A DNA stretch of 64,000 nt from Pedobacter sp. (GTDB lineage: Bacteria > Desulfobacterota > Desulfuromonadia > Desulfuromonadales > Syntrophotaleaceae): NCBI GenBank assembly GCA_050253415.1, contig JBFWJC010000002.1, positions 704,725 to 768,724 of the forward strand, read 5' to 3'. Below, piece by piece: positions 12,547 through 25,935 of the stretch (position 1 is the stretch's first letter; each line of letters begins with the position of its first letter). Made by a program: the position numbers and the translations under genes. A model generated the notes under the pieces. The model was given only the letters and a program-made list of their open reading frames with translations, searched no databases and was not told the DNA's origin.

Positions 12547-13335
12547 TCAAAATGAGGCTTGGTTGCCGGCCCACGGAGTTGCAATCACCGCTTTGGACAG
12601 CCGGCTTTCAACCTCGTGCTGTTGGTGGCGAACCACCGCGCGTACTGCGTAAAGATAGGTACTTCCGCTTTTGAAAGCGCGGTCTTCAAAGCGGGCTTCC
12701 GTCAACGGCCTGGGATTCAGCGGTGCGATGGCAAAGGGGCGTCCGGGGCGGCGGCGGTAGACATTGTAGCCAAGCAGTTCCATGTCGGCTGCCAGGGCTT
12801 GCGGAGCTTGCCAAGTCAGAGTCAAAACGCCATCGCTGGTCTCGGCCTGGACGGTTTCCGGCGCCGGGGGGATAACGCTCAGCACCTGTCTCTGCGTAAC
12901 CGGTGTGCCATCCTGTCCCCAACGGTTGTAGGGGATAATACGGTATTGGTAGCCGCGGCCTTCCTCAAGGTCGGGGTCGACCAGGAAAATACGGCCATCC
13001 ATGCGTTGTACGTCGCGCAGGTACTCGAGTTCGACCTGACGCAGCAGGATGGAGGTGTCGCGACAGTCGGGGCAGTCTTCGGCAGGATCGAAATCCATGC
13101 GCATGACCTTGAACCCGGCCAGGTCGGTAAGCTCGGTGCCATCCTGATTAAGCTGTGGCATCATCCAGGACAAAAGCATCTGCGTGCCCTGTTGCCGCAA
13201 CACCAGCTCCTCCGGCGCCGCGGGCAACGGTTGGCGCTGCGGGCGTACCGGTCCCTTGTTTCCGCAACCGGCACACAGGCCAAGGACGAGCAGTAATACA
13301 AGCAATAGATAGCCTTGAGGGCGGCTCCGTATCAT
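12547..13335 (-). CDS. Fibronectin type III domain lipoprotein
   Basis: Lipobox ..AGC-GNKGP, two Fn3-like segments (LSW...GFKVMR...YQYRI; LTW...GYNVYR...YLYAV) and a CPDC motif. Confidence 0.8.
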   Translation of the reverse strand: MIRSRPQGYLLLVLLLVLGLCAGCGNKGPVRPQRQPLPAAPEELVLRQQGTQMLLSWMMPQLNQDGTELTDLAGFKVMRMDFDPAEDCPDCRDTSILLRQVELEYLRDVQRMDGRIFLVDPDLEEGRGYQYRIIPYNRWGQDGTPVTQRQVLSVIPPAPETVQAETSDGVLTLTWQAPQALAADMELLGYNVYRRRPGRPFAIAPLNPRPLTEARFEDRAFKSGSTYLYAVRAVVRHQQHEVESRLSKAVIATPWAGNQASF

Positions 13336-13337
13336 GA

Positions 13338-14723
13338 TTACATCCTCTGCAGGCGTTCCTGGCGGGCACGGGCGATCTCGCGGGCCACCGCCTCACGGGC
13401 GGTGCCGCCAGTGGCGCGGCGGGAATCGACCGAAGCTTCCAGGGTAATGAAGTCGTAGATGTCGGATTCGATGACCGGCGAGAAGGTTTTAAACTCTTCC
13501 AGAGTCAATGCCTCGATCTGTTTGTCATGTTCGATGCAGTACCGGACCGTCTTGCCGACGATTTCGTGGGCATCCCGAAACGGAATGCCTTTGCGCACAA
13601 CGTAGTCGGCCACGTCCGTGGCCGTGGAGAAACCGCGCGCCGCGGCTTCGCGCATATTGTCGGCACGGATGCTCATCTGGGCGATCATGTCGGCAAAAAT
13701 CTTGAGGCTACCCTTGACCGTATCGATGGTGTCGAACAGAGGCTCCTTGTCTTCCTGCATGTCCTTGTTGTAGGCCAGAGGCAACGCCTTCATGACCGTC
13801 AGCAGGCTCATCAGGTTACCGTACACGCGACCGGTTTTTCCGCGTACCAGTTCCGGCACGTCAGGGTTCTTTTTCTGCGGCATGATGGAACTGCCGGTGC
13901 AGAATGCATCGGACAGGTCGATAAAGTGAAAGTCGGCGCTCGACCAAAGGATCAGCTCTTCGGACAGGCGCGACAGGTGCATCATGACAATGCTCGCCGC
14001 ACCGCAGAATTCCAGGGCAAAATCACGATCCGAAACCGAATCGAGGCTGTTGCGGGTCACCCCGTCAAAGCCAAGCTGCTCGGCGACAAATTCCCGGTCG
14101 ATGGAAAAAGTGGTGCCGGCCAGAGCGCCTGCGCCCAGAGGCAGCAGATTGATGCGCTTGTACAGATCAGCCATGCGCCAGGAATCGCGGCGGAACATTT
14201 CGTAATAGGCCAGCATGTGGTGCGAAAAGAGGATCGGCTGGGCGGTCTGCAGGTGGGTGTACCCGGGCATGATGACGCCCAGATTCCGCTCCGCCTGCTC
14301 GAGCAGCGATTCCTGCACCTGCTCGAGGAACGAGCGCACTTCCTTGACCTCATCCCGCAGATAGAGGCGTATGTCGAGGGCGACCTGGTCGTTGCGCGAG
14401 CGGGCCGTGTGCAGCTTGCCGCCGACCGCTCCGATGCGCTCGATGAGGCGGGCCTCGATGTTCATGTGGATATCTTCCAGGGCAACGGAAAATTCGAACT
14501 GGCCGTTTTCGATATCGGTCAGGATGCTTTCCAGGCCGGAGGTAATGGTCTGGGCCTCGGCCTCGGTGATGATGCCCTGGCGGGCCAACATGCGGGCGTG
14601 GGCCATGGAACCCTGGATATCGTAGCGGTACAGGCGCTGATCGAAATCGATGGAGGCGGTAAAGGCCTCGACAAATGCATCGGTGGGTTGGGTAAAACGT
14701 CCAGCCCAGGGTTTTTTACTCAT
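13338..14723 (-). CDS. argH: Argininosuccinate lyase
   Basis: WAGRF, EDIH, RSRNDQ and [12 protein letters not shown] motifs. Confidence 0.98.
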   Translation of the reverse strand: MSKKPWAGRFTQPTDAFVEAFTASIDFDQRLYRYDIQGSMAHARMLARQGIITEAEAQTITSGLESILTDIENGQFEFSVALEDIHMNIEARLIERIGAVGGKLHTARSRNDQVALDIRLYLRDEVKEVRSFLEQVQESLLEQAERNLGVIMPGYTHLQTAQPILFSHHMLAYYEMFRRDSWRMADLYKRINLLPLGAGALAGTTFSIDREFVAEQLGFDGVTRNSLDSVSDRDFALEFCGAASIVMMHLSRLSEELILWSSADFHFIDLSDAFCTGSSIMPQKKNPDVPELVRGKTGRVYGNLMSLLTVMKALPLAYNKDMQEDKEPLFDTIDTVKGSLKIFADMIAQMSIRADNMREAAARGFSTATDVADYVVRKGIPFRDAHEIVGKTVRYCIEHDKQIEALTLEEFKTFSPVIESDIYDFITLEASVDSRRATGGTAREAVAREIARARQERLQRM

Positions 14724-14857
14724 GGTTGATTCGCTCCGTTGATGGCAAACAGGGACGTCGCTAAAAGTGCGCCCCTTGGATAGATACAGGATAAATTAAC
14801 TCACAGCTTACAGCTTCTGCCTGGGCGGCATATTGCCGCCCAGGCAGGGGGTGTTGT

Positions 14858-16078
14858 TTAACCGCGCTTTTTCTGCATGGCGCTGCGGATGCGCAGGCGC
14901 AGGGCGTTGAGGCGGATGAAGCCTTCGGCATCGGCCTGATTGTAGACCTCGTCGGCCTCGAAAGTGGCCACTTCGGGATCGAACAGGCTGTTGGTGTCGG
15001 ATTTGCGGCCAACCACGCGGCAATGCCCTTTGTAAAGTTTGACGCGGGCAACCCCGTTGACGGTCTTCTGGGTTTCATCGATGAGAGTCTGCAGCGCTTC
15101 ACGCTCGGGTGCGAACCAGAAACCGTTGTAAACCATGGTGGCGTAGCGGGGGATCAGCGAATCGCGCAGGTTGAGTACTTCGCGGTCCATGGTGATCTGC
15201 TCGACGCCGCGATGAGCCTCCTCGAGAATGGTGCCGCCCGGGGTCTCATACACGCCGCGGCTCTTCATGCCGACGAAGCGGTTTTCCATGATGTCGGCGC
15301 GGCCGATGCCGTGCTTACCGCCCAGGGCGTTGAGATGGGCGAGCAACTGCGCGGGGGAGAGGGCTTCGCCGTTGATGGCAACCGGGTCGCCTGCGCGGAA
15401 CTCGATCTCGACATATTCAGGCTGATCGGGAGCCTGTTCGGGGGCGACGGACAGCAGGTACATTTCTTCCGGCGGTTCGGCCCAGGGGTTTTCCAGGATG
15501 CCGCCCTCGAAGGAGATGTGCAGCAGGTTGCGGTCGCTGCTCCAGGGGCGTTTTTTGGTCACAGGTACCGGAATGCCGTGCTTGGTGGCGTAAGCGATGA
15601 GCGCTTCCCGGCTGTTAAGATCCCACTCACGCCAAGGGGCGATGACTTTGATCTCCGGATTGAAGTGATAGTAGGACAATTCGAAGCGTACCTGGTCGTT
15701 GCCTTTGCCGGTGGCGCCATGACTGACGGCGTCGGCTTCTTCGGCCAGGGCGATTTCCATCTGCTTTTTGGAGATCAGCGGACGGGCGATGGACGTACCG
15801 AGGAAATAACGACCTTCATAGATGGCGTTGGCGCGGAACATGGGGAATACGAAGTCGCGCACGAATTCTTCGCGCAGGTCTTCCACGTAGCATTTGCTGG
15901 CGCCGGTCTGGCGGGCTTTTTCGGGAATGCCGTCAAGTTCCTGTCCCTGACCGAGGTCGGCGGCGAAAGCGATGACTTCGCAACCGTATTCTTCGATGAG
16001 CCAACGCACAATAATGGAGGTGTCGAGGCCACCTGAGTAAGCCAGAACCGCCTTTTTGATAGACCCTTTTTTAGACAT
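14858..16078 (-). CDS. argG: Argininosuccinate synthase
   Basis: [24 protein letters not shown] and [10 protein letters not shown] motifs. Confidence 0.98.
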   Translation of the reverse strand: MSKKGSIKKAVLAYSGGLDTSIIVRWLIEEYGCEVIAFAADLGQGQELDGIPEKARQTGASKCYVEDLREEFVRDFVFPMFRANAIYEGRYFLGTSIARPLISKKQMEIALAEEADAVSHGATGKGNDQVRFELSYYHFNPEIKVIAPWREWDLNSREALIAYATKHGIPVPVTKKRPWSSDRNLLHISFEGGILENPWAEPPEEMYLLSVAPEQAPDQPEYVEIEFRAGDPVAINGEALSPAQLLAHLNALGGKHGIGRADIMENRFVGMKSRGVYETPGGTILEEAHRGVEQITMDREVLNLRDSLIPRYATMVYNGFWFAPEREALQTLIDETQKTVNGVARVKLYKGHCRVVGRKSDTNSLFDPEVATFEADEVYNQADAEGFIRLNALRLRIRSAMQKKRG

Positions 16079-16108
16079 ATGAAGTACTCCTTCTAGGATT
16101 ATAGTAGT

Positions 16109-16181
16109 TCTTTTCGAAGAAAAACGTGAATGTTATAGGTGCGTCACGCAAGTCTCTTCTCGAAGAAAAATCTGAATATTA
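16109..16181. repeat. 27 bp imperfect direct repeat upstream of argG
   Basis: TCTTTTCGAAGAAAAACGTGAATGTTA (16109-16135) versus TCTTCTCGAAGAAAAATCTGAATATTA (16155-16181): 4 mismatches. Confidence 0.7.
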
Positions 16182-16991
16182 AATGTGAATCACGCACGTA
16201 TCGGCAATTTTATCGTGCAGACCCTGTTTGCGCTCATCGAAGACCACCATCAGATAGCCGACCCCCAAAGTGATGCCGGAGACGAACTTGCCGATGATCT
16301 CCCTTAAGGCAGCACGGCCGTAAGTCATGACGCTGCCGTCGCTGCGCACCACCTTCAGACGCATCAGCATTTTGCCGGGGGTCTGCCCGCAGGAACCGGT
16401 AAACACGACATAATAGGCGATGCTGACCGCACTGCTGAACAGAGCCAGCATGAGCACCGAAGCAAGCGATTCCGCGTCCATGTCGGGTGATAGCAGACCG
16501 GCCGTGGCTTCAAGAACAATGGCCAGAACGATCTGCATGATCCACACGATGATGGAATCGATAACAAGTGCCGCAGCGCGAATCCAGAATCCGGCATAGG
16601 CAGCGGCAACATGGTTTGTCGCGGTCTGCAATGCTCCGCCGCAGCGCTGGCAATAACTGGCCGCATGCTGGATGTTGCCGCAGAACGGACAGACAACCTG
16701 GCCTTCAAGGGCCGATTCTTCCCCGTGTTCCTGTCGCGATTGCCACTTGGCGTAATCGATACCGCAGGCGATGCAGTAGCTGCCGGCCGGTTGCAGACGG
16801 CCGCAGGCCGGACAGGTGATCTCGGCCGCGGAGGTCAGTGCGTCCGTTTCGCCCGGCCGGGGGGACTCCGCTTTTTGTTGCAGGGCGAAAGAGGACTTGC
16901 AACGCGGGCAGGTGGCTTCGGTGGCATCGTCAGGGATGCTACCGGGCGGCACTTCAGCACTGAATCCGCAGTGTGGACAAATAATGGTCAT
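16179..16991 (-). CDS. RDD-family membrane protein with three N-terminal Zn-ribbons
   Basis: Three CPxC...CxxC ribbons followed by RDD motifs AGFWIRAAALVID, GQTPGK and LHDKIADT. Confidence 0.88.
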   Translation of the reverse strand: MTIICPHCGFSAEVPPGSIPDDATEATCPRCKSSFALQQKAESPRPGETDALTSAAEITCPACGRLQPAGSYCIACGIDYAKWQSRQEHGEESALEGQVVCPFCGNIQHAASYCQRCGGALQTATNHVAAAYAGFWIRAAALVIDSIIVWIMQIVLAIVLEATAGLLSPDMDAESLASVLMLALFSSAVSIAYYVVFTGSCGQTPGKMLMRLKVVRSDGSVMTYGRAALREIIGKFVSGITLGVGYLMVVFDERKQGLHDKIADTCVIHI

Positions 16992-17009
16992 GCTTTTTCC
17001 TTGGTGCGA

Positions 17010-17918
17010 TCAGGCCATCAGTGTCGCCATGATGGCTTTTTGGATGTGCAGGCGATTCTCGGCTTCGTCAAACACCACGGAGTGGGTGCTTTCGATGGCT
17101 TCATCGGTGATCTCTTCACCACGATGCGCCGGCAGACAGTGCAACAGGATGCAAGCGGGGTCGGCTACACTGAGGACCTCATCGTTGATCTGGAATGTGG
17201 CGAAGGCGGTGGCGCGTTTGGCCTGTTCTTCCTCCTGCCCCATGCTGGCCCATACGTCGGTATTCAAGACATCGGCACCGCGAGCGGCTTCTATCGGATC
17301 ATTGAGGTAGGTTACGCGGGCGCCCAGTTTTTTTGCCCGCTCCATCACCATGGAATTCGGCTCATAGCCCTTGGGGGTTGCCACGCGCAACTCAAAACCA
17401 AAGATGGCAGCGGCATTGATCCAGCTGTTGGCCATGTTGTTGCCGTCGCCGATCCAGCAGTAGGTCAGCTCGCGATAGTTCTTTTTATGCTCGATGACCG
17501 TCATGAGGTCCGCCATGACCTGGCAGGGGTGATACATATCGGTCAGACCGTTGATAATGGGAATGGTCGACCATTTGGCGAGTTCCTCGACACCTTCCTG
17601 TGAGAAGGTTCGGATCATGATGCCGTCAACGTAGCGGGACATGACGCGACCGGTATCCTTGATCGGTTCGCCGCGCCCCATCTGGGTTGTGCCGGACGAA
17701 AGAAACAGGGCATGTCCGCCCAGTTGATACATGCCGACCTCGAAGGAAATCCGGGTACGGGTGGAGCTTTTTTCGAACACCATCCCAAGGGTTTTGCCTT
17801 TAAGCAGGCGGTGTTTTTCACCGTTTTTCTGCTTGGCTTTCAATTCCTTGGCAAGGTTGAATATCTTTTCCAGTTCTTCAAGGCTCCAGTCGGTAAGGCA
17901 GAGAAAGTCCTTTTTCAC
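17010..17918 (-). CDS. argF: Ornithine carbamoyltransferase
   Basis: STRT, HPCQ, SMG and HCLP motifs. Confidence 0.98.
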   Translation of the reverse strand: MKKDFLCLTDWSLEELEKIFNLAKELKAKQKNGEKHRLLKGKTLGMVFEKSSTRTRISFEVGMYQLGGHALFLSSGTTQMGRGEPIKDTGRVMSRYVDGIMIRTFSQEGVEELAKWSTIPIINGLTDMYHPCQVMADLMTVIEHKKNYRELTYCWIGDGNNMANSWINAAAIFGFELRVATPKGYEPNSMVMERAKKLGARVTYLNDPIEAARGADVLNTDVWASMGQEEEQAKRATAFATFQINDEVLSVADPACILLHCLPAHRGEEITDEAIESTHSVVFDEAENRLHIQKAIMATLMA

Positions 17919-17973
17919 GATCAGTCCTCCTGAAAATAAGGGGGGCGGATGTTTATCCGCCGCGCCTTAGAAG

Positions 17974-19163
17974 TCAAATGTTTTGCAGAATACCGTCCAG
18001 AATGGCCAGCGCCTCGTCGATCTCTTCGGGCGTGACGATTAAAGGTGGCAAAAAGCGCAGCACTGTGTTGGCTGTGCAGTTGATCAATAAACCGCGCTCA
18101 AGCGCCTGGGAGACAATGTCTGCACCAGGGATGGTCAGTTCCATGCCAAGAATCAGCCCCTGTCCGCGCACCTCCGTTATAAACGGATAACGATCCTTGA
18201 GTTCTTCAAGGCGGCTGCGCAGATAATTGCCCATGGCCACGCAATTGTCGAGGACTCCGTCTTCGATAAGGGTGCGCATGGCCGCCAGGGCGGCCGTGGC
18301 CATCAGCGGATTACCGCCGAAGGTCGAACCATGCGAGCCGGGTCCGAAGCTTTCAGCAATTTTTTCCGTTGCGATCATGGCGCCGATAGGCGGGCCGCCG
18401 GCCAGGGCTTTGGCCAAGGTCATGATGTCCGGAGCCACACCGTCCTGCTGGTAGGCGAACAGCGAGCCGGTGCGGCCGCAGCCGACCTGCACTTCGTCGA
18501 ATACCAGCAGCAGGTTGTTTTCATCGCAAATCTGACGTACCGCGGCCAGGTAGCCCGGCGGTGCTACCCGCACGCCACCTTCGCCCTGCACCGGTTCCAG
18601 CATCACGGCACAGATTCTGGGAGTAATGGCCTGGCGCAGAGCCTCGGCATCGCCGAAAGGTACGTAGTGGAAGCCGGGCAGCATCGGATTGAACCCTGCT
18701 TTGACCTTGTCCTGGCCGGTGGCGCTGATGGTGCCGATGGTACGCCCGTGGAAGGAAGCCAGGGCCGTGATAACCTCAAAGCGGTCGGAACCGTACTGCT
18801 CCGCACTGTGCTTACGCACCAGCTTCATGGCCGCTTCGTTGGCTTCCGCACCGCTGTTGCAGAAGAATACCCGGTCGCCGAAGGAATGTTCGCACAGCAG
18901 TTCCGCCAGCTCGATCTGGCTGGGGATGTGAAAAAAGTTGGAACAGTGGATCAACTGTGCGGCCTGCTGCTGCAGGGCCGCCACGACCTTGGGATGACAG
19001 TGGCCGAGGTTGTTGACCGCCACACCGGCCAGAAAGTCGAGATAGCTTTTGCCGTCCACATCCCACAACCGGCAGCCTTCGCCACGAGCGGCGACCAGCG
19101 GGAAACGGCCATAGGTTTTGGCCACATGCGCTTCGCCCCGGGCAATCCATTGTTTTGATGTCA

Positions 19164-19164
<1 letters not shown>
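17974..19164 (-). CDS. argD: Acetylornithine aminotransferase
   Basis: NSGAEANE, FHGRT, DEVQ.GCGRTG and HGSTFGGNP motifs. Located in the arg cluster. Confidence 0.95.
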
Positions 19165-20146
<982 letters not shown>

Positions 20147-20172
20147 GATCTTTGCCCTCTGGAACACCACGC

Positions 20173-21510
20173 CTACAAAATATACCGCGATAAATCCTCG
20201 TCGCGGGCTATGTCGGATAACTGTCGTCGCACATATTCCACATCGATCTCTACACTCTGATCACGCTGCTCGGGAGCATCGAAGGAGAGTTCTTCGAGCA
20301 GCTTTTCCATGATGGTATGCAATCTTCGCGCGCCGATGTTCTCCGTCTGGCTGTTGACCTGGGTTGCGATGCGTGCCAGTTCACGGATGGCCTCGTCGGC
20401 AAATTGCAGGTGGATGCCTTCGGTCGCCATAAGGGCTTCGTACTGGCGGATGAGGGCATTTTTCGGCTCGGTCAGAATACGGAAAAACTCCTCTTCGCCG
20501 AGGCTGGTCAGTTCCACGCGGATGGGGAATCGGCCCTGCAACTCGGGGATCAGATCCGACGGTTTCGCCACATGAAAGGCACCGGCGGCGACGAACAGGA
20601 TGTGGTCTGTCTTGACCGGGCCGTACTTGGTGCTGACGGTACTCCCTTCGACGATGGGAAGGATGTCGCGCTGCACCCCCTCGCGGGAAACGTCAGGACC
20701 CTGTCGGCCATTCTGTCCGGCGATCTTGTCGATTTCATCGATGAAAATGATACCGCTTTGCTCGACCCGTTCTCGGGCCAGGGTGTTGACCTTTTCCATG
20801 TCGACCAGGCGTTCAGCTTCCTGTTCAATAAGTATTTCGCGCGCTTCGCTGACCTTGATCTGCCGGCGCTTGGTTTTTTTGGGGAACAGGTTGCCGAACA
20901 TCTCCTTGAAATTGATGCCCATCTCTTCGGTGCCCTGAGGGGTGAAGACTTCCATCATGGGCATCTGTGCCGCCTGCACTTCCAATTCCACTTTGCGTTC
21001 GTCAAGGGCGCCTTTTCGCAGCAGTTTGCGCAATTTATCGCGGGTGCCGCCATCGCCGGCTTCTTCGCCGGATATGTCCAGGTCCCGGGACTGGGCCCCG
21101 GGCAGCAGCAGGTCGAGCAGGCGTTCCTCGGCCAGATCTTCGGCTTTGACCCGGACTTTCAGCGCTTCCTCTTCGCGTACCATGATGACCGCCAGGTCGA
21201 GAAGATCGCGTACCATGCTCTCCACGTCACGACCGACATAGCCGACCTCGGTGAACTTGCTGGCTTCCACCTTGATGAAAGGCGCTTGTGCAAGCTTGGC
21301 CAGGCGGCGGGCGATTTCCGTTTTGCCGACCCCCGTGGGACCGATCATGATGATATTTTTCGGTGCTATTTCATCACGCAATTCGTCCGGAACCTGTTGG
21401 CGTCGCCAGCGGTTGCGTAGTGCCACGGCCACGGCCCGCTTGGCCTGTTTCTGGCCGATAATGTAGCGGTCCAGTTCCGAAACGATTTCACGGGGGGTGA
21501 AGTTGGTCAC
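20173..21510 (-). CDS. hslU: ATP-dependent protease ATPase subunit
   Basis: [13 protein letters not shown] pore loop, DEIDK and C-terminal LSRYIL. Confidence 0.98.
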   Translation of the reverse strand: MTNFTPREIVSELDRYIIGQKQAKRAVAVALRNRWRRQQVPDELRDEIAPKNIIMIGPTGVGKTEIARRLAKLAQAPFIKVEASKFTEVGYVGRDVESMVRDLLDLAVIMVREEEALKVRVKAEDLAEERLLDLLLPGAQSRDLDISGEEAGDGGTRDKLRKLLRKGALDERKVELEVQAAQMPMMEVFTPQGTEEMGINFKEMFGNLFPKKTKRRQIKVSEAREILIEQEAERLVDMEKVNTLARERVEQSGIIFIDEIDKIAGQNGRQGPDVSREGVQRDILPIVEGSTVSTKYGPVKTDHILFVAAGAFHVAKPSDLIPELQGRFPIRVELTSLGEEEFFRILTEPKNALIRQYEALMATEGIHLQFADEAIRELARIATQVNSQTENIGARRLHTIMEKLLEELSFDAPEQRDQSVEIDVEYVRRQLSDIARDEDLSRYIL

Positions 21511-22040
21511 GGTAAAGTCTCCGACGAAATGCGGTCGTTGGTGTAAATACAGATCTCTCCGGCGATGCGTAATGCCTCGGCCGCAATTTTATCCGCTGGC
21601 AGGTCGGCATGCCGGGTGAGGGCGCGGGCCGCGGCCAGAGCAAAGGGACCACCCGAGCCGATGGCGGCAACACCATCATCCGGTTCGATGACATCGCCGG
21701 TTCCCGACAATACCAGGGTGGTGTTGATGTCGGCCACGATAAGCAGCGCCTCGAGTTTACGCAGGATCTGGTCGGTGCGCCAGTCCTTGGCCAGGGCCAC
21801 GGCTGCTTTGGGCAGGTTGCCGTGAAATTCCTGTACCTTGGACTCGAACTTTTCAAACAGCGTGAAGGCATCGGCGGTGGATCCGGCGAAGCCCGCCAGC
21901 ATACGTCCATCATACATGCGCCGGACTTTTCGGGCGCCATGTTTCATGACCGTATTGCCCATGGTTACCTGGCCGTCTCCGGCCATGGTTACCTGGCCCT
22001 CGTGACGTACGCAAACAATGGTTGTGCCGCGAATATCCAT
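21507..22040 (-). CDS. hslV: ATP-dependent protease peptidase subunit
   Basis: Short propeptide then TTIV, plus GDGQVT, AGSTAD, GSGG and ICIYTN motifs. Confidence 0.98.
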   Translation of the reverse strand: MDIRGTTIVCVRHEGQVTMAGDGQVTMGNTVMKHGARKVRRMYDGRMLAGFAGSTADAFTLFEKFESKVQEFHGNLPKAAVALAKDWRTDQILRKLEALLIVADINTTLVLSGTGDVIEPDDGVAAIGSGGPFALAAARALTRHADLPADKIAAEALRIAGEICIYTNDRISSETLP

Positions 22041-22380
22041 GAGATTATCTTCTGTATGGGTAAAATTTAAAAAATAGACGCCATTTTAACACAGGCTGAC
22101 AGGCAAAAAAAGAAAAATGGCAGATTTCCCTATGTATTGCAAGGCCGGTTTTCGGGGGATATTTGTGATCTGAGGGCTTATTGCAGATGGGTCAACCGGT
22201 GGCAATGGGTAGCTTGTTTTGCATTAAAGGTTTGCTCAGCAATTTTGCCTGGACAGTTGAAGGCGGTTTATATCTGTCTTACGCCAAGCCGCGATAAACG
22301 CAAAGAAAGGCAAAAGCCGCCCCGGCTGGACTCCGTGTCGCTGCGTGAGAGGGAGTGTTGCGGGTTGAGGTCGTCTAAAC

Positions 22381-22416
22381 AAAACTGCCGACGAACGTTT
22401 TAGCGCTCGTCGGCAG
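22381..22416 (-). terminator. Intrinsic terminator after alaS-cupin
   Basis: Minus strand reads CTGCCGACGAGCG-CTAAAA-CGTTCGTCGGCAG-TTTTGTTT. Confidence 0.75.
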
Positions 22417-22445
22417 GATGTCGTTGGAACTGTGTAGCCGCTTGT

Positions 22446-22790
22446 CTACTTAAGCGGTGGAGTGAAGATGGCCAACAGATCGACTGGTTCATCTCCGATA
22501 TTCTTGAGGCTGTGTTGTACGCCTGACGGTGCCACCACGCAGCAACCGGCGCCGAAGTGGTGCTCCACGCCGTTGATGGTGCAGATGGCTTCGCCGCCGA
22601 GGATGTAGAAGGTTTCGGTCTGCCCTTCATGGGTATGGGGCAGGATTTCTCCGCCGGCTTCGATGCGACCGCGGTGCAGCGACAGCGCCGGATTGTTTTC
22701 CGCGGTCACCACATCGCGCAAGAAGAAGCGGTCATGCTTGGGGTGCGGATATTCTTCCTGCTCGGCGGTACGTAAGACGATGCCTTTCAT
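22446..22790 (-). CDS. Cupin domain protein
   Basis: Cupin motifs HTHEGQTETFYILGG and VAPSGVQHSLKN. Confidence 0.9.
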   Translation of the reverse strand: MKGIVLRTAEQEEYPHPKHDRFFLRDVVTAENNPALSLHRGRIEAGGEILPHTHEGQTETFYILGGEAICTINGVEHHFGAGCCVVAPSGVQHSLKNIGDEPVDLLAIFTPPLK

Positions 22791-22813
22791 GGTTGCTCCC
22801 GTTCAGAGGGCCG

Positions 22814-25462
22814 TCAGGCCGCGTTAAGGGCTTGGGTGATCAACTGCGGCACGCTGGCCAGGGCTTCGCCGAGTTGTTCGGGGTTGCTGCCGCCGGCCTG
22901 GGCCAGGTCGGGTCGGCCACCACCGCCACCGCCAACCATGGCGGCCAGTTGTTTGACCAGCGCACCGGCTTGCAGGCGTTTTGTGAGGTCCTTGGTCACG
23001 GCTACCAGCAGGCCGGCCTTTCCATCGTGTGCGCTGCCCAGTACCAGGACTCCCGAGCTGAGCCGGTCGCGGACCTGGTCGGCCAGTTCGCGCAGGGCCT
23101 TGCCGTCGAGGTTGTCGACCCGGCCGCAGACCACGTTGATTCCATCGATATCGACCGCTTGCTGCAGCAGGTCACCCGCCTGGTCGGCGTTGAGTTTGCC
23201 TTGCAGCGATTCCAATTCGCGCTCCAGTTCCTTCTGACGCTCCAGCAATTTGCGCAGGCGCCCTTCCAGTTGGGGCCGGTCGGTTTTGACCAATGCCGCC
23301 AGATGGTCGAGGGTGCGTTCCTGATCGCGGATCACGTCGAGGGCTTTGGCCCCGGTCACCGCTTCGATCCGGCGGACACCTGCGGCGATGCCGGTTTCCT
23401 GCAGGATTTTGAACAGGCCTATGTCGCCGGAGGCGTGGGCGTGGGTGCCGCCGCACAGTTCCATGCTGATATCGCCGACTCTGACCACGCGGACCTTGTC
23501 GCCGTATTTTTCGCCGAACAGAGCCGTGGCCCCGGCGGTGACGGCTTCGTCATGGGCCATTTCGCGGGTGTCGACACCCGCGTTTTCGCGGATGCGGCGA
23601 TTAACCAAGGTCTCGACCTGCTCCAGCTCTTCGGCGGTCATTGCGGAAAAATGGACGAAGTCGAAGCGCAGCCGCTCAGGCGTCACCAGCGAGCCGGCCT
23701 GCTTGACATGCTCGCCGAGCACTTCGACGAGGGCTGCCTGCAGCAGATGGGTGGCGGTGTGGTTGAGGGCCGTTGCCTGCCGACGTTCCCGGTCGACGCT
23801 CAAGGTCGCAGTGTCGCCGGTACGCAGGGTGCCGGACAGGATTTCGCCCACGTGTACGAACAGTTCCGGCAGCGGCTTGCGGGTGTCGCTGACGGTGACC
23901 TGGGCGTCGGCAGTGGCGATGGTACCCCGGTCGCCGGTCTGACCGCCTGATTCGCCGTAAAGAGGGGTGACCGAAGTGATGATTTCGACACAGGCGCCTT
24001 GCGGGGCGCTGGCTACCGGCTGCCCATCGAGCAGGATGGCGAGCACTTCGCCCTGGCCGGTGAGTTCGTCATAGCCGGTAAAGCGGGTACGCATGCCATC
24101 CTCAACCAGCTGCCGGTAGATGCCGGCGATGGCTTCTTCGCCCGAGCCCTTCCAGTGCTCACGGGCTTTCTGGCGCTGCTCTTCCATGCAGGCCTCAAAG
24201 CCGGCTTCATCGATGGTGACGTTTTCGCCCCGCAGGATGTCAGCAGTGAGGTCGAGGGGGAAGCCGAAGGTGTCGTAAAGCTTGAAAGCCACATCCCCGG
24301 CAAGCACGCTGGCACCAGCGGCTTTGAGGGCGGCGACTTCTTCATTGAGAATGCGCAGGCCGTTGTCCAGGGTCTGGATGAAGCGCTCTTCCTCGATCTT
24401 CACGATCTTGGCCACATAGTCGGTACGCTGCGCCGGTTCGGGGTAGGCCTCGGCCATCGATTGCAACACGAAGGAAGCGGTGCGGTAAAGCACCGGATCG
24501 GCAAAACCGAGCATTTTCGCATGCCGGGCAGCGCGGCGCATGATGCGGCGCAGCACGTAACCGCGTCCCTCGTTGCTGGGCAGCACGCCATCGGCGATCA
24601 AAAAGGCGGTGGCACGGCTGTGGTCGGCGATGACCCGCATGGACATGTCGTGGGCCGCGTCGTCGCCGTAGCGTTTGCCCGACAGTTCTTCAACGTATGC
24701 GATGATGCCTCGTAGCAGGTCGCAGTCGTAGTTGCTTTGTACCCCCTGCATGACGGCGGTGATGCGCTCCAGGCCCATGCCGGTGTCGATGGATGGTTTG
24801 GGCAGGGGATTCATGGTGCCGTCTGCGTCGCGGTTGAACTGCATGAATACCAGGTTCCACAGTTCCAGATAGCGGTCGCAGTCGCACTTGCCGATGCCGC
24901 AGTTGTCGCCGCAGGTCATCGATTCGCCCTGGTCGATGAGGATTTCCGAACAGGGGCCGCAGGGACCTGTGTCGCCCATGGACCAGAAGTTGTCCTTTTC
25001 CCCCATGCGGATCAGGCGCTCTTCAGGAATGCCTTGCTGGTTGCGCCAGATGTCGTACGCCTCGTCGTCCTCGCGAAACACCGTGACCCACAGTTTGTCC
25101 TTGGGCAGGCCCATTTCGCCGGTCAAAAATTCCCAGGCATGGGCGATGGCATCCTGCTTGAAATAGTCGCCGAAGGAGAAGTTGCCGAGCATTTCGAAAA
25201 ACGTGTGATGGCGGGCCGTCTGGCCGACGTTTTCCAGGTCGTTGTGCTTGCCCCCGGCACGAACGCACTTCTGGGCCGAGGCGGCGCGCACGTAGTCGCG
25301 TTTTTCATGGCCGAGAAACACATCCTTGAACTGGTTCATGCCCGCATTGATGAACAGCAGGGTCGGGTCGTTGTGCGGGATCAACGCCGAGGAAGGGACC
25401 ACCGTGTGGCCGCGCTCCTGGAAAAACTGCAAAAAACGGGTGCGGATATCGTTGCCGGTCAT
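22814..25462 (-). CDS. alaS: Alanine--tRNA ligase
   Basis: [40 protein letters not shown] editing motif and ELCGGTH. Confidence 0.99.
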   Translation of the reverse strand: MTGNDIRTRFLQFFQERGHTVVPSSALIPHNDPTLLFINAGMNQFKDVFLGHEKRDYVRAASAQKCVRAGGKHNDLENVGQTARHHTFFEMLGNFSFGDYFKQDAIAHAWEFLTGEMGLPKDKLWVTVFREDDEAYDIWRNQQGIPEERLIRMGEKDNFWSMGDTGPCGPCSEILIDQGESMTCGDNCGIGKCDCDRYLELWNLVFMQFNRDADGTMNPLPKPSIDTGMGLERITAVMQGVQSNYDCDLLRGIIAYVEELSGKRYGDDAAHDMSMRVIADHSRATAFLIADGVLPSNEGRGYVLRRIMRRAARHAKMLGFADPVLYRTASFVLQSMAEAYPEPAQRTDYVAKIVKIEEERFIQTLDNGLRILNEEVAALKAAGASVLAGDVAFKLYDTFGFPLDLTADILRGENVTIDEAGFEACMEEQRQKAREHWKGSGEEAIAGIYRQLVEDGMRTRFTGYDELTGQGEVLAILLDGQPVASAPQGACVEIITSVTPLYGESGGQTGDRGTIATADAQVTVSDTRKPLPELFVHVGEILSGTLRTGDTATLSVDRERRQATALNHTATHLLQAALVEVLGEHVKQAGSLVTPERLRFDFVHFSAMTAEELEQVETLVNRRIRENAGVDTREMAHDEAVTAGATALFGEKYGDKVRVVRVGDISMELCGGTHAHASGDIGLFKILQETGIAAGVRRIEAVTGAKALDVIRDQERTLDHLAALVKTDRPQLEGRLRKLLERQKELERELESLQGKLNADQAGDLLQQAVDIDGINVVCGRVDNLDGKALRELADQVRDRLSSGVLVLGSAHDGKAGLLVAVTKDLTKRLQAGALVKQLAAMVGGGGGGRPDLAQAGGSNPEQLGEALASVPQLITQALNAA

Positions 25463-25473
25463 GAGCTTGGTAA

Positions 25474-25935
25474 CTACCTCTCTTCGCTGAAATATTGAAA
25501 CAGAGCCGACGGGGCAAAGCCGCGCCGCCCGAGGTAATTGAATACCCGGCGCCGGGTGCGGTCATCGGCTGTTTGAAAATCAAAGTCGGGAAAACGTCGC
25601 TGGCACAAGGTGCGCAGCACTTGGGTCTGGCTAAACTCCTCTTCCACCGCGGCAATAGCCCTGTGGGCAACAGCTTCGCCAATACGCTGTTGTTTTAAAT
25701 CGGCCAGCAAAGCCGGTCCGACGGCGCGACCCGCGGACAAAAGCTGCCGCGCGCGTAACCGGGCATAGCGCTCATCATCCACGTAACCGTAACTGCGACA
25801 GCGCTCTACGGCCTGGTCAATCTGCTCATTGTTGAAGCCTTTGCGTTGCAGGCGTTGGCGCAGGATACCTTCGGAGAGTTCCCGTCGGGACAACATCCTG
25901 ATCGCGCAATTCCAGGCGTCAGGACTGATTGCCAT
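25474..25935 (-). CDS. recX: Regulatory protein RecX
   Basis: A..MLSRRELS...[12 protein letters not shown] and YLGRRGF motifs. Start refined to ATG 25935. Confidence 0.88.
   Translation of the reverse strand: MAISPDAWNCAIRMLSRRELSEGILRQRLQRKGFNNEQIDQAVERCRSYGYVDDERYARLRARQLLSAGRAVGPALLADLKQQRIGEAVAHRAIAAVEEEFSQTQVLRTLCQRRFPDFDFQTADDRTRRRVFNYLGRRGFAPSALFQYFSEER

Noticed and set aside
22298..22375. GGCAAA-AGCCG-CCC-CGGCT-GGAC resembling the first stem of a c-di-GMP-I (GEMM) riboswitch, or a tmRNA-like stretch
   Set aside because: It has no GNRA loop, no following GCAAA stem and no downstream gene on that strand. It also lacks tRNA-like ends. The adjacent hairpin is explained as the cupin terminator.
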